64,000 nt of DNA from an uncultured bacterium (GTDB lineage Bacteria > Actinomycetota > Acidimicrobiia > Spongiisociales > UBA5794). Numbering within the stretch: position 1 is the first letter of the stretch; every line of letters begins with the position of its first letter. Shown one piece after another: positions 48,977 through 58,640 of the stretch. Where the stretch lies: NCBI GenBank assembly GCA_963777645.1, contig CAVZRA010000004.1, forward strand, positions 141,806 through 205,805, given 5' to 3'. A model generated the notes under the pieces. It did not search any database. It was given only the letters and a program-made list of their open reading frames with translations, and was not told the DNA's origin. The translations under genes were made by a program, and so were the position numbers.

Positions 48977-49759
48977 TCACGCGGTGGTTCTCTTGTTGAA
49001 GAGCTGGGCCGAGATTGGAATAGCGACTGCGAGGATGGCGACGCACCAGGCTACAGCCAGCCAGGCGTTGTTGCCGATCGGCTGGTCGAGAAGTAGCCGG
49101 CGTGCCGTCTCGATGATCGGAGTCACCGGTTGGTGGTCGGCTACTGCACGAAGTACCCCGGGCATGGTGTCGGTGGGGACGAAGGCACTGCTCACGTAGG
49201 GCAGGAACGCCACGAAAAAGGCGAAGCCGCTCGCCGCGTCTACGTTCTTGGCCACCATTCCGAGAATCACGGCAATCCAGGTAATGGTGAACACGTAGAG
49301 GGAGATGATCCCGATGGCGCCCACCCACTGCTGTGGTCCCGCTTGCGGTCTGAACCCGATCGCGATGGCGACCGCGAAAACGAGCGCAGTCACGATGAGA
49401 TTCCTCACCATGCTGGCGAAGACGTGCCCTGTCACGGCCGAGGAGGGTCGCACCGGCATCGAGCGGAGTCGATCCATGAAGCCGTCCGTCAGATCGGCAC
49501 ATACTGCGGTGGCGGTCAAGCCTGCCCCGAACCCGGCGGTCAGCAGGATGATCCCGGGTGCCACGTAGTTCACGTAATCGGTGTCGGTCCTGATCGCTCC
49601 TCCGAACACGTAGACGAAAAGGAGAAGAACGGTGACCGGCAGCGCGATGGAAAGGATGAGCGCATCGGTGGAACGGACGATGTGGCGCACGCTGCGACCG
49701 ATGAGGATTCGGCTGTCCCGTAGCAAGGAGCGGCGGGTCGCCGCATTGATCGTCGTCAT
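48977..49759 (-). CDS. DrrB-like ABC-2 transporter permease (intact)
   Basis: 260 aa, 6 TM; ATG overlaps the ATPase stop (ATGA). Confidence 0.9.
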   Translation of the reverse strand: MTTINAATRRSLLRDSRILIGRSVRHIVRSTDALILSIALPVTVLLLFVYVFGGAIRTDTDYVNYVAPGIILLTAGFGAGLTATAVCADLTDGFMDRLRSMPVRPSSAVTGHVFASMVRNLIVTALVFAVAIAIGFRPQAGPQQWVGAIGIISLYVFTITWIAVILGMVAKNVDAASGFAFFVAFLPYVSSAFVPTDTMPGVLRAVADHQPVTPIIETARRLLLDQPIGNNAWLAVAWCVAILAVAIPISAQLFNKRTTA

Positions 49760-50724
49760 GGTCGCCTCCCTTGGCCGTTGCCGGTGGCGGTAACCGCCAG
49801 GAAGACATCGTCGAGTGTTGGCTCTGTGACCGTGACACCATGCGGCTTCAACTCGGATCGCCTGAGTCGATCGAGGACGTCATACAACTGCCACGGGTCA
49901 TCGATGCCAATGGTCAACTTCATCTTCGCCACATCGCGCACAATTCCAGTCTCACCGAGCAGCGCCGCTGCCGTCGACAGCTCAGCAACGTTGGCGAATA
50001 CCAGCTCAGCTCGTTCGGCGCCAACCCGGCGTTTCAGCGCAGGCGGGGTCCCCTCTGTGACCACTCGACCGTCGTCGATGACGACGATGCGGTCGGCGAG
50101 TAGGTCGGCCTCCTGGAGGTACTGGGTGGTCAGCAGCACGGTCGTTCCCCCGCTCATCAGTTTCCGGACAATGTCCCACACTCTCTGTCTGGCCAGCGGG
50201 TCGAGTCCGGTGGTGGGTTCGTCGAGAAACAGGATCGATGGGGTCCGCACCAGACCGGCAGCGAGGTCGAGGCGGCGCTTCATCCCACCTGAGTAGGTCT
50301 TCGCCCGCCGGTTGGCGGCGTCTTCGAGGTTGAAAAGGCATAGAAGCTCGTCGGCCCTGGCACCCGCTGCGGCGGTGTCGAGACCCAGCAGCCGCCCCAT
50401 CATCACCAGGTTCTCTCGTCCGGTCAGAAGCTCATCGACGGAGGTGGCCTGGCCGGTGAGCCCAAAACTCTGTCGAGCTCCGACCGGGTCGCTCATCACG
50501 TCGTGGCCCCCTACCAGGACCGTGCCACTGTCGGGTGCCAGGAGCGTGGCCAGGATCCGTACGGTCGTCGTCTTGCCGGCCCCGTTTGGGCCTAGGAGAG
50601 CCAGCATGGTGCCGGGTTCAACCTCGAAGTCGATTCCCCGCAGAACGCGGGTCTCGCCAAATGACTTGGTCAGCCCGGCGACGACGATGCCGGTGCTGCG
50701 AGCAGTTGCTGTTTCGACTGTCAT
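49756..50724 (-). CDS. DrrA-like ABC-2 ATP-binding protein (intact)
   Basis: 322 aa; GPNGAGKTT, YSGGMKRRLDLA, LFLDEPTTGLD, C-terminal ..PTLDDVFLAVTA. Confidence 0.9.
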   Translation of the reverse strand: MTVETATARSTGIVVAGLTKSFGETRVLRGIDFEVEPGTMLALLGPNGAGKTTTVRILATLLAPDSGTVLVGGHDVMSDPVGARQSFGLTGQATSVDELLTGRENLVMMGRLLGLDTAAAGARADELLCLFNLEDAANRRAKTYSGGMKRRLDLAAGLVRTPSILFLDEPTTGLDPLARQRVWDIVRKLMSGGTTVLLTTQYLQEADLLADRIVVIDDGRVVTEGTPPALKRRVGAERAELVFANVAELSTAAALLGETGIVRDVAKMKLTIGIDDPWQLYDVLDRLRRSELKPHGVTVTEPTLDDVFLAVTATGNGQGRRP

Positions 50725-50734
50725 CTCGGTCTAG

Positions 50735-50770
50735 CTCCGTACATAATACGAGGTCGTATATAGTACGGAG
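50735..50770. promoter_or_regulatory. 36-bp AT-rich palindrome between the drrA-like and tetR starts (candidate TetR operator)
   Basis: CTCCGTAC-ATAATACGA-GG-TCGTATATA-GTACGGAG. The related motif CGTATAT(A/G)(G/A)TACG is repeated at 50755 and 50780. Confidence 0.45.
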
Positions 50771-50815
50771 TTTATACACCGTATATGATACGAAGTCAAT
50801 AGATGCATCGACGAG

Positions 50816-51562
50816 GTGACGATGACTGCCGAGAACGTTGGCTGGGACCCGCTGCGTGTCGAGCTGCTCTGGGATCTCAAAGAGTCGCCGGGCCGGGGTC
50901 CGAAGCCGACGCTGACCGTCGGGCAGATTGTCCGGGCCGGCATCGATATCGCCGATGCAGAAGGTCTGAGCGCCCTTTCCATGCAGCGGCTTGCCAAGGA
51001 GCTAGGTGTCGGCACGATGACGCTGTACACCTATGTGCCCGACAAAGACGCGCTGCTCGAGTTGATGCTCGACCGAGCCTATGGAGCTGCGATCAGCTCC
51101 CTGGCACCGACCTCGGGATGGCGGGAGTATCTCGAGCGGGTAGCGATCGCTCTCTTCCAGGCGTACCAGGTCCACCCCTGGGCCTTGCAGATCTTCGTGG
51201 GTGGGCCTCCACTCGGTCCCAACCAGATGCGTTTTCTCGAGGCCGCACTCCAGGCCCTCGGCAATTCCGGGCTCGGACCCGAGGATAGATTGGATGCGGT
51301 GATGGCGGTGACCTCATATGTCAGGGGCGTTGCGCATATCTCCGTCGGCATTCTCGAACATGAGAATCGCACCGGGCTCACCGAAGATCAGCTGGCCGTT
51401 GAACACTTCAAGGCATACAACCGGGTGCTCGATCCGAGAGAGTTTCCGATGACATTCGAGCTTCTAGCTGCGCCGCCCGGCGAGAGCGACTCGCCCTACG
51501 ACTTCGGTTTCGAATTCGGTCTGCAATGCCTGCTTGATGGCATCGAGGCGCACATCGCGTAG
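50816..51562 (+). CDS. TetR/AcrR-family transcriptional regulator
   Basis: 248 aa; HTH ..LSALSMQRLAKELGVGTMTLYTYV; divergent from the drrAB-like pump. Confidence 0.9.
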   Translation: MTMTAENVGWDPLRVELLWDLKESPGRGPKPTLTVGQIVRAGIDIADAEGLSALSMQRLAKELGVGTMTLYTYVPDKDALLELMLDRAYGAAISSLAPTSGWREYLERVAIALFQAYQVHPWALQIFVGGPPLGPNQMRFLEAALQALGNSGLGPEDRLDAVMAVTSYVRGVAHISVGILEHENRTGLTEDQLAVEHFKAYNRVLDPREFPMTFELLAAPPGESDSPYDFGFEFGLQCLLDGIEAHIA

Positions 51563-51665
51563 CAACGCTGACCAATCCGCGCCGGGGCGGTCAGCCGCAC
51601 TTGTCGTCCCGGGAGGCTTGCATGGACGCACCACCGCTCTGTTTGCGTTTAGGGGCCGGCGTCGC

Positions 51666-52499
51666 TCACAGCCAGATCGCCAGCAGCGCCATCACTCCGA
51701 ATCCCAGGGCCGTTGCCACCCATTTCTGTCCGTGATCGGCAGGGCTATCAAACTCGGTCTTGATGATGTCCAGCGCTGCGATGTACAAGAAGGTGCCGGC
51801 GCCAAGCGAGTCGAAGATCCCTTCGAAGATCACGTCGGGGCGGCCACTCAGCGCCAGCCCTATGCCGGCGCCGAGAAGAATCCCGGCGGGGGTCGTCGTC
51901 GAGAAGAACGCCAACTCGGGCATTGCCCGGCGTCGACTCAGCCCGGCCCGCTGGTAGCCGACACCGAGAGCGAAGGCGGCCGCGCCCTTGTGAGCGATGA
52001 CGGCAAGAAATATGGTCATCGTCGCCGCCACGGCCGTCTGCGCTCCGAGGGCGAGGCCGAGGATCACCGAGTGCACTGATAGCACCACGAGCAGGATCAC
52101 AGGGTGGTGGGTGGTCGGCATGTCTGGATGCCAGCTCGTCTCGTGCTGCAGGGCTGGGATGTCTGCCGGCGTGTGCGGTCCGTGATGGCCGTGACCATGC
52201 ACCATCACCACACTCTCGATGAGCAGGATCATGAGGAACCCTACGCCGGCGAGCAGCAGCGCGAGCGGGTAGGCGAGGTTGGGAAAGGCTGAGCGAAAGT
52301 TGTCGATGCCGCCGCTCATCAGGTGGATGAGGCCGGCACCCCCGAGGACACCTCCGGCGAATGTATGGGTCAGTGCGAGCGTGCGGTCACTCGATCCCCG
52401 GCCACGCAATGTCCATGGGACCAGAGCACCGACGATCCCGGTGGCAGCCACGACCACGGCGAAGACCACCTTCAGCCAAAACAAGCCTTGGACGCTCAT
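51666..52499 (-). CDS. ZIP-family metal transporter
   Basis: 277 aa, 8 TM; His-rich loop HGHGHHGPH; HSVILGLALG motif. Confidence 0.9.
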   Translation of the reverse strand: MSVQGLFWLKVVFAVVVAATGIVGALVPWTLRGRGSSDRTLALTHTFAGGVLGGAGLIHLMSGGIDNFRSAFPNLAYPLALLLAGVGFLMILLIESVVMVHGHGHHGPHTPADIPALQHETSWHPDMPTTHHPVILLVVLSVHSVILGLALGAQTAVAATMTIFLAVIAHKGAAAFALGVGYQRAGLSRRRAMPELAFFSTTTPAGILLGAGIGLALSGRPDVIFEGIFDSLGAGTFLYIAALDIIKTEFDSPADHGQKWVATALGFGVMALLAIWL

Positions 52500-52651
52500 G
52501 TGATCGCTGGCGACGACACGGTCGGCAGCCTACACCCGTTCGGAATGCCGATCGCTGGCAGAGGATCAGCGCAGTGACATCTGGCTCTGGAGTCCCGGCC
52601 CGCAACGCCATACCCTGGTGACAAGCACAGTCCTCTTGATGGAGATGCACC

Positions 52652-53182
52652 ATGCACGTCCTCGTTGCCTACGCCAGCCGACATGGGTCGACCAAAGGGA
52701 TCGCAGAGCGCCTCGCTGAGAAGATCACCTCTGCGGGTCACGTGGCCTCAGCGGTTCCGGTACGTGAAGTCCGCGACACCGCGGGCTATGACGCATTTGT
52801 TGTTGGCAGTGCCGCATACCTGTTCCATTGGCTGAAAGACGCCACCAGGTTTGTCAACAAGAATCGGTCCGTGCTCGCATCACATCCCGTGTGGCTGTTC
52901 AGCAGCGGACCGGTCGGTACCGATTTGGTCGATGACAAGGGCCGCGATGTCATGGAGACTTCGCGACCCAAGGAGTTCGACGAGTTCAAGGACTCGATCC
53001 ACCCGAAAGGGGAGCAGATCTTCTTCGGCGCCTGGGACCCTGATGCTCCCGCAGTGGGTATGGCGGAGCGGTTCATGAAACTGATGCCTGCGGCGAGGTC
53101 ATCGCTCCCTGTTGGCGATTTCCGCGACTGGGATGCGATCGACGCCTGGGCGGGCGAGATCGCAACGGGACTCAACGGCTGA
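52652..53182 (+). CDS. flavodoxin-domain protein (HemG/Flavodoxin_5-like)
   Basis: MHVLVAYASRHGSTKGIAERLA.. Confidence 0.85.
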   Translation: MHVLVAYASRHGSTKGIAERLAEKITSAGHVASAVPVREVRDTAGYDAFVVGSAAYLFHWLKDATRFVNKNRSVLASHPVWLFSSGPVGTDLVDDKGRDVMETSRPKEFDEFKDSIHPKGEQIFFGAWDPDAPAVGMAERFMKLMPAARSSLPVGDFRDWDAIDAWAGEIATGLNG

Positions 53183-53203
53183 GCAGCCAGCCGACTTCAA
53201 CTC

Positions 53204-53464
53204 CTAGCGTGCGGCTTCCATACAGGTGACTCCATTGGGGCCAACCGTCGCTGAGTGCCTGGTGCCCGGAGGGAGGTCGAGCCGGTCACCAGGCGACATG
53301 GCAATGTCCCCATCGGGTGTGTGAAACGTGATCGACCCTGCGACGCAGTAGAGCACCTTTTGGTAGGGGTGCTCGTGCTCGCCGTAGCGGTAGTCCGGGC
53401 CGTTTGCCCAGGTGCTCGGAGCGAGACCTTCGGCGGCGAACGCGGCGACGATCGGATCACTCAC
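53204..53464 (-). CDS. cupin domain-containing protein
   Basis: 86 aa; ..GEHEHPYQKVLYCVAGSITF..GDRLDLPPGTRH. Confidence 0.8.
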   Translation of the reverse strand: MSDPIVAAFAAEGLAPSTWANGPDYRYGEHEHPYQKVLYCVAGSITFHTPDGDIAMSPGDRLDLPPGTRHSATVGPNGVTCMEAAR

Positions 53465-53748
53465 AGGTAGTCCCGAATGCGCTGGGGATACTCGGGGAAG
53501 TACCTCTCGATCACCGACAGGTTGAAGCTGGAGAGGATGGATTCCTTTGGTTCTCGATCCAGCAGAAAGCGAAAGGATGCCTCGACCAGTGCCGAGTTGT
53601 TGGAGCCCTCGATGCTCCGATCGACTGTGACGATGTAAGTCGTCTCCGACCCTGGCTCGCTGACGGTGACGCGGTATTCGCCGGTCCCGGTGGGCTCAAC
53701 GTTGATATCAGCCACGGTCCGATCGTAGCGGCGCCATCCGCGTGACAA
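53461..53748 (-). CDS. conserved hypothetical protein (..FRFLLDREPKESIL..IERYFPEY.. type)
   Basis: 95-aa ORF with TTG start; GTG 53715 is an alternative; 4-nt overlap with the cupin gene. Confidence 0.65.
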   Translation of the reverse strand: MSRGWRRYDRTVADINVEPTGTGEYRVTVSEPGSETTYIVTVDRSIEGSNNSALVEASFRFLLDREPKESILSSFNLSVIERYFPEYPQRIRDYL

Positions 53749-53768
53749 TGTATGACAGCCGGGTGCGC

Positions 53769-54227
53769 TCAGGTGCGTTCATCTCTTGCGACCTGGTTGT
53801 CGTATAGGCGCAACAAGATCCGGTTGAGGTCCGACCTCTCGCCCTCGTCGAGGGTGCGGAGGAAGTCATCCTGTACTGCACGTGCGTCGCTCGCAACGGT
53901 GTTGCTCACCTTTGTGCCTCGTGAGGTCAGGAGGACCTGCCGTCTGCGACCGTCGGTCGGGTCGTGCCGCCGCTCTGCGAGACCGAGCTCGGCGAGGCCA
54001 TCGATGACGGCAACGACGTTTCTCGGGTCAACGGCGATCAACTCGGCAAGTCTGCCCTGTCCGAGGGGTCCAGACTCTCCGAGCACGACGAGTGCGGAAT
54101 ACTGCGCCTGGGTCAGGCCGTGCCGGGCTAGCAACACCGACCACGAGCGTTCTGCCAGCGCACCGAGCCGGGACAGCAGAAACCCGGTTCCCTGTTCGTA
54201 GCGTGGTCGTCCGTCCGTGTCAGTCAC
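53769..54227 (-). CDS. MarR-family transcriptional regulator
   Basis: 152 aa, GTG start; ..LTQAQYSALVVLGESGPLGQGRLAELIAVDPRNVVAVIDGLAELGLAERR. Confidence 0.9.
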   Translation of the reverse strand: MTDTDGRPRYEQGTGFLLSRLGALAERSWSVLLARHGLTQAQYSALVVLGESGPLGQGRLAELIAVDPRNVVAVIDGLAELGLAERRHDPTDGRRRQVLLTSRGTKVSNTVASDARAVQDDFLRTLDEGERSDLNRILLRLYDNQVARDERT

Positions 54228-54236
54228 ACCTGCAGT

Positions 54237-54278
54237 CTACATAGTTCATGTATAGTACGATATACATAGATCATGTAG
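54237..54278. promoter_or_regulatory. 42-bp AT-rich palindrome between marR and the VOC gene (candidate MarR operator)
   Basis: CTACAT-AGTTC-ATGTATA-GTACGA-TATACAT-AGATC-ATGTAG. Confidence 0.45.
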
Positions 54279-54291
54279 AGATGGGAGCGAC

Positions 54292-54804
54292 ATGTCACAT
54301 CTGGTTGCGATACCTCCACGGGCCAACGGCCACAACAGCATCAATCCGTTTGTCATCGTGAAGGGATCGGCTAGTGGGTTCATCGAGTTTGTCGTTGCGG
54401 TCTTTGACGCCGCCGAACGCAACGAGGTCAGAACACCTGATCGGGATGGCACCCTCATCCACGCCGAGGTCAGCATCGGCAATGCCACCATCATGGTGTG
54501 TGATTCGAAACCCGATTGGTCGCCGACGCCTGCGTTCATCCAGGTATACGTCAGCGATGCTCAGGCGGTGCTGGATCGGGCCGAGTCTCGCGGGGCGAAG
54601 GTCGTCACTCGCCTCTCCCCGTTCTACAACGGCGTCGAGCTGGCGCGGTTCCTCGACCCCTGGGGTAATCTGTGGTGGTTGTACGAGCCTGAAGCGGAGC
54701 AGCCGCGCGCAGATGGTTCCAACACGTCATGGCACGACGCCGAACCAAGCTACGTGTACACCAGTCTGATGGAGGGGATGCAGACGCTCGGGAACCAGGG
54801 CTAG
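54292..54804 (+). CDS. VOC (glyoxalase/bleomycin-resistance, PhnB-like) family protein
   Basis: 170 aa; ..IHAEVSIGNATIMVCD.., ..FLDPWGNLWWL. Confidence 0.85.
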   Translation: MSHLVAIPPRANGHNSINPFVIVKGSASGFIEFVVAVFDAAERNEVRTPDRDGTLIHAEVSIGNATIMVCDSKPDWSPTPAFIQVYVSDAQAVLDRAESRGAKVVTRLSPFYNGVELARFLDPWGNLWWLYEPEAEQPRADGSNTSWHDAEPSYVYTSLMEGMQTLGNQG

Positions 54805-54810
54805 ACCTAC

Positions 54811-56615
54811 CTAGGGCGCAAAGTCTCCGGGATCGTCGTACATGGCGTCGAGCACAGCGGCATTGCGTTGCTCGACGACCTTTCGCTTCATCTTCATCGA
54901 CGGCGTGAGTTCGCCGGTCTCAATGGAGAATTCGGTGGGGAGGATGTGCACCTTCTTGATCGTCTCATAGGAGGCAAGGCCACGGTTCACCTCGGCGACG
55001 GCCGCTTCGATGAACTCGACCATTGCAGGATGCTCGGCAATCGCTACCGGGTCGTCGGCGATCCCGTTCTCCTTGGCCCAAATGACCGGTGGCGTCCGGA
55101 TCGAGGGTCACCAGCGCAACACAGTACTTGCGGCGATCGCCGTGGACGAGGACCGTTGAGATGTAGGGAGATGCGACACTCAGCAATCCCTCGAGCTTGG
55201 CCGGGGCCACGTACTTGCCACCGGAGGTCTTGATCAGCTCTTTCTTGCGGTCGGTGATCCGCAGATAGAGATCCTCGATCGAGCACCCCGATGTCGCCGG
55301 TTTGGAGCCAGCCATCCACGCAGAGATGTTGGCGGTTTCCTCCGGGAACCCGTGGTAGCCACGCATGATCGGCCCGGCTCTCGATCAGAACTTCGCCATC
55401 ATCGGCGATGCGCACCTCGGTGCCTGGGATCGGCGGTCCAACGCTGCCGAAACTAGCTGCGCCGGGCGGGTTGACAAACGTCGATGCTGAGGACTCGGTC
55501 AGTCCGTACCCTTCGAGAATGGAAGACCGGCCGCATCGAAGAATTCGGCAAGCTCCACCGACAGCGGCGCTGAACCGAGACACAAAGTATCGAAACCGCC
55601 CCCGAAGCGAGCTCGCAGCTTCGAGAACACGAGCCGATCGGCGATCGCGTGCTGCAATGCGAGCAGACGTCCCGGTTCCTGGCCGCGTTGTCTGAGTCTG
55701 TGAGACCGTCTTGCCGACACCGACGGCCCAGCGGAAGATGGCGAGCTTGGCGCCGCCTTCGGCCTCGATGGAAGACACCATAACGTTGTAGACCTTCTCG
55801 AAGATTCGGGGAGCGGCAGCCATCACGTCGGTCTGATCTCGGCGAGGTTCTCGACGATCTTGTCGACACGGCCGTCGATAGCCGTCTCAACTCCCACATC
55901 GACCATCAGTACCTCGATGACTTTCCCGAAGGAGTGGGATAGCGGCAGCCAGAGGTAGTGGAGGTCATCGGGCGGGATGATTCCCGCCCGCGACGTCGCC
56001 TCGGACGTGTACAGCCAGTTGTCGTGGGTCAGCTCGACGCCCTTGGGGCGACCGGTCGTGCCCGAAGTGTAGATCAAGGTCGCCAGATGGTCGCGCTTGA
56101 TGGCGTCGATTACGGCCTTCGATCGATGTCGGGTCACCCATCCCGGCGAGTTGGTCAAGCGGAAGGACGCCCAACGCGTCGCCGTCGATGAGCACAATGT
56201 TGGTAACCAGAGGAAGCCGATCGAGATCCTCTGGATCTTGGCGAGCTGGCTCGACGTTCTCCACGATGATCACGGTGGCTTCCGAATCGGAGATGATGAA
56301 TGCGCACTCGTCGGCAACGCTCGACGGGTAGACGGTGGTGGTTGCACCACCTGCGGCGAGTATGCCGAAGTCGGCGATCACCCACTCTGCCCGGGTGGAG
56401 CACAGAAGCGCCACCCGGCTCTGCGACCCAACACCGAGACTTCGCAATCCTGCTGCTACATGGATGACTTTGTCGTACAGATCCTGCCACGACATCTTCT
56501 CCCAGCCGCGTCTACGGGGTAGCGCAACGCTACCGCTCGGGAGACTCATCCGCTCGCACTCCGCAAGAGGTCGGGGATCGAGTTGAACGGTCCTGTTCTG
56601 AAGGATGTATGTCAT
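54811..56615 (-). pseudogene. long-chain fatty-acid-CoA ligase (AMP-binding), about ten frameshifts
   Basis: GAGGTGG RBS before ATG 56615. Family segments are scattered over ORFs 55965..56681, 55823..56197 (LIYTSGTTGRPKGVELTH), 55044..55826, 55499..55720, 54965..55366 (ITDRKKELIKTSGGKYVAP) and 54811..55023. Confidence 0.8.
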
Positions 56616-56792
56616 AGCCACCTCGATAAACCATAGCGGTACGCTCGGCACCATCTGCGTGGTATGCGACGTGTAATGCATCTCGAGGTTGCACGCCGCC
56701 AGCTCGACCGGTCGCGTAGTAGCTTTGCGATGAGGGTTCCGGTCGGCGCCACGCCTCCGAATCGACGGCGACCGGGCCCCGAGGAGGAGAAC

Positions 56793-58328
56793 ATGTCATT
56801 GAACCTGGCCCTTGCTACTTCGCAGAGAGCACCCGCGCTTATCCGGATCGAACTGCACTCGTCATGGGGCCGAGCACGTTGAGCTACGCCGCTCTCGACA
56901 ATCAGGCGCGGCGTTTTGCGGGTGCTTGACTGACTGGGTGTCGAGCCTGGAGATCGAGTAGCGCTGATGTTGCCCAATGTCCCGCACTTCAGCATCGCCT
57001 ACTTCGGGGTCCTCTATGCCGGGGCGATTGTGGTTCCGCTCAATGTGCTGTTGGCCGGACCGGAGGTCGCGTACCACCTGGCCGACTCCCATTCCAGGGT
57101 GCTGGTGGCATGGGAAGGATTTCTCGATGCCGCCCGGGCCGGATTCGCCGAATGGGGTGACTCGGATCACCTGGTGGTCGTCTCTGAGCGGAGAGGGAAA
57201 CCGGAATTGGGTCACAAGGAGCACGACTTCGCCGCTTTGCTCGCCGCGCGGAGCCGAGGCGGTGCAAGATCTGCCCGCCACCACGGCGGAGGACACGGCG
57301 GTGATCCTTTACACGTCGGGCACCACCGGCAAGCCAAAGGGTGCCGAATTCACTCAGTTCAACATGTTCTTCAATGCCCACTACTGAGGACGATGCTGCT
57401 TCCGCTGACACCCGACACAGTCGCATCTGGGGACTCTGCCCGCTGTTCCACAGCTTCGGGCAGACGGTGATGCACAATGCGGTCATCGGGTGCAGGCGGG
57501 ACCGTGGTCCTGCTACCCCGGTTCGATCCGACGGCGGCCTTCGAGTTGATGCAGCGGACACAAGATGAACTTCTTCGGCGGCGTACCCAACCATGTACTT
57601 TGCGTTGCTGAACCATCCCGATGCCGACAAATACGACCTCTCGGGCTCGAGTACTGCGTCTCGGGAGGCTCGGCGATGCCCGTCGAGGTGATGAAGGCTT
57701 TCGACGAGAAGTACAACGTCAACATCCTCGAGGGCTACGGGCTCTCAGAGACCTCACCCGTTGCCAGTTTCAACCATGCTCGACCGACCCAAGAAGGCCG
57801 GTTCGGTAGGGCTGCCATTGTGGGGAGTCGAGTTTCGGCTCGAGGACGCCGAGGGCAAGGTCGTCGTCAACACCGATGAGCCTGGTGAGATCTGCATCAA
57901 GGGCCACAACGTGATGAAGGGATACCTGGGTCGAGCCAGACGCCACCAAGGAGGCGATCATTGACGGCTGGTTCCACTCGGGCGACATCGGAGTTCGCGA
58001 CGAGGACGGCTACTACTTCATCGTCGACCGGAAGAAGGACATGATCATCAGGGGCGGCTTCAACGTTTATCCGCGTGAGGTCGAAGAGGTTCTCTACGCC
58101 CATCCCGCGGTCGCCGAGGCTGCAGTCATCGGAGTTCCCCACCCGAGTCATGGTGAGGAGATCAAGGCGATCCTGACTCTCAAGCGTGATGCTGAAGCAG
58201 ACGCGGACGAGGTCATCGCCTTCTGCAAGACTCGCCTGGCCGCATACAAGTACCCGAGAATCGTCGAGTTCCTAGACGAACTACCCAAAGGGCCAACCGG
58301 CAAGATCCTCAAACGCGAGCTTCGGTGA
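56793..58328 (+). pseudogene. acyl-CoA synthetase (AMP-binding), about ten frameshifts
   Basis: GAGGAGGAG RBS before ATG 56793. Segments sit in alternating frames: AYPDRTALVMGPSTLSYAALD, LGVEPGDRVALMLPNVPHF, ILYTSGTTGKPKGAEF, PLFHSFGQT, SGGSAMPVEV, EGYGLSETSP, DGWFHSGDIG, IVDRKKDMIIRGGFNVYPREVEE..PKGPTGKILKRELR. Confidence 0.8.
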
Positions 58329-58357
58329 TCTCGCACGTAAACCACGCCCTTCCTGGG

Positions 58358-58579
58358 TTACCAGCGGTGCTGGCTGCTGCGGTGGCCGAGTAGCGCACCG
58401 ACGGCGGCTCCCAGTGGCAGCACCGCCCTGGTGGCAGCAGTTGCGGCTAGATCGGCGATGTCGTTGCTTGGTGCCACCAGCACCACGAGCAAGCCAAGCA
58501 TCAATGCGGCCGTGGCGCCAAACACGGCTCCAACCGACACCCGTGCCAGCCGATTTCCTCCCAATGTGTCGTTGATCAT
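58358..58579 (-). CDS. small two-TM membrane protein (73 aa)
   Basis: GGAGGAGG RBS 7 nt before ATG 58579; MINDTLGGNRLARVSVGAVFGATAALMLGLLVVLV..LPLGAAVGALLG. Confidence 0.55.
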   Translation of the reverse strand: MINDTLGGNRLARVSVGAVFGATAALMLGLLVVLVAPSNDIADLAATAATRAVLPLGAAVGALLGHRSSQHRW

Positions 58580-58640
58580 GGATGTGCCTCCTCCGGCCGT
58601 CGATACTTCTGAGACGCTAGGTGGCCCTGCAAAGGTTCCC

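Noticed and set aside
48837-49841. 334-aa minus-strand ORF
   Set aside because: Out-of-frame overlap of the DrrB-like permease gene; Arg/His/Pro-rich. Only its extreme 3' end coincides with the marR remnant region, in a different frame.
52502-52558. GATCGCTGGC direct repeat upstream of the ZIP transporter; Zur-box search
   Set aside because: There are only two 10-nt copies, and no AT-rich Zur-like palindrome is present.
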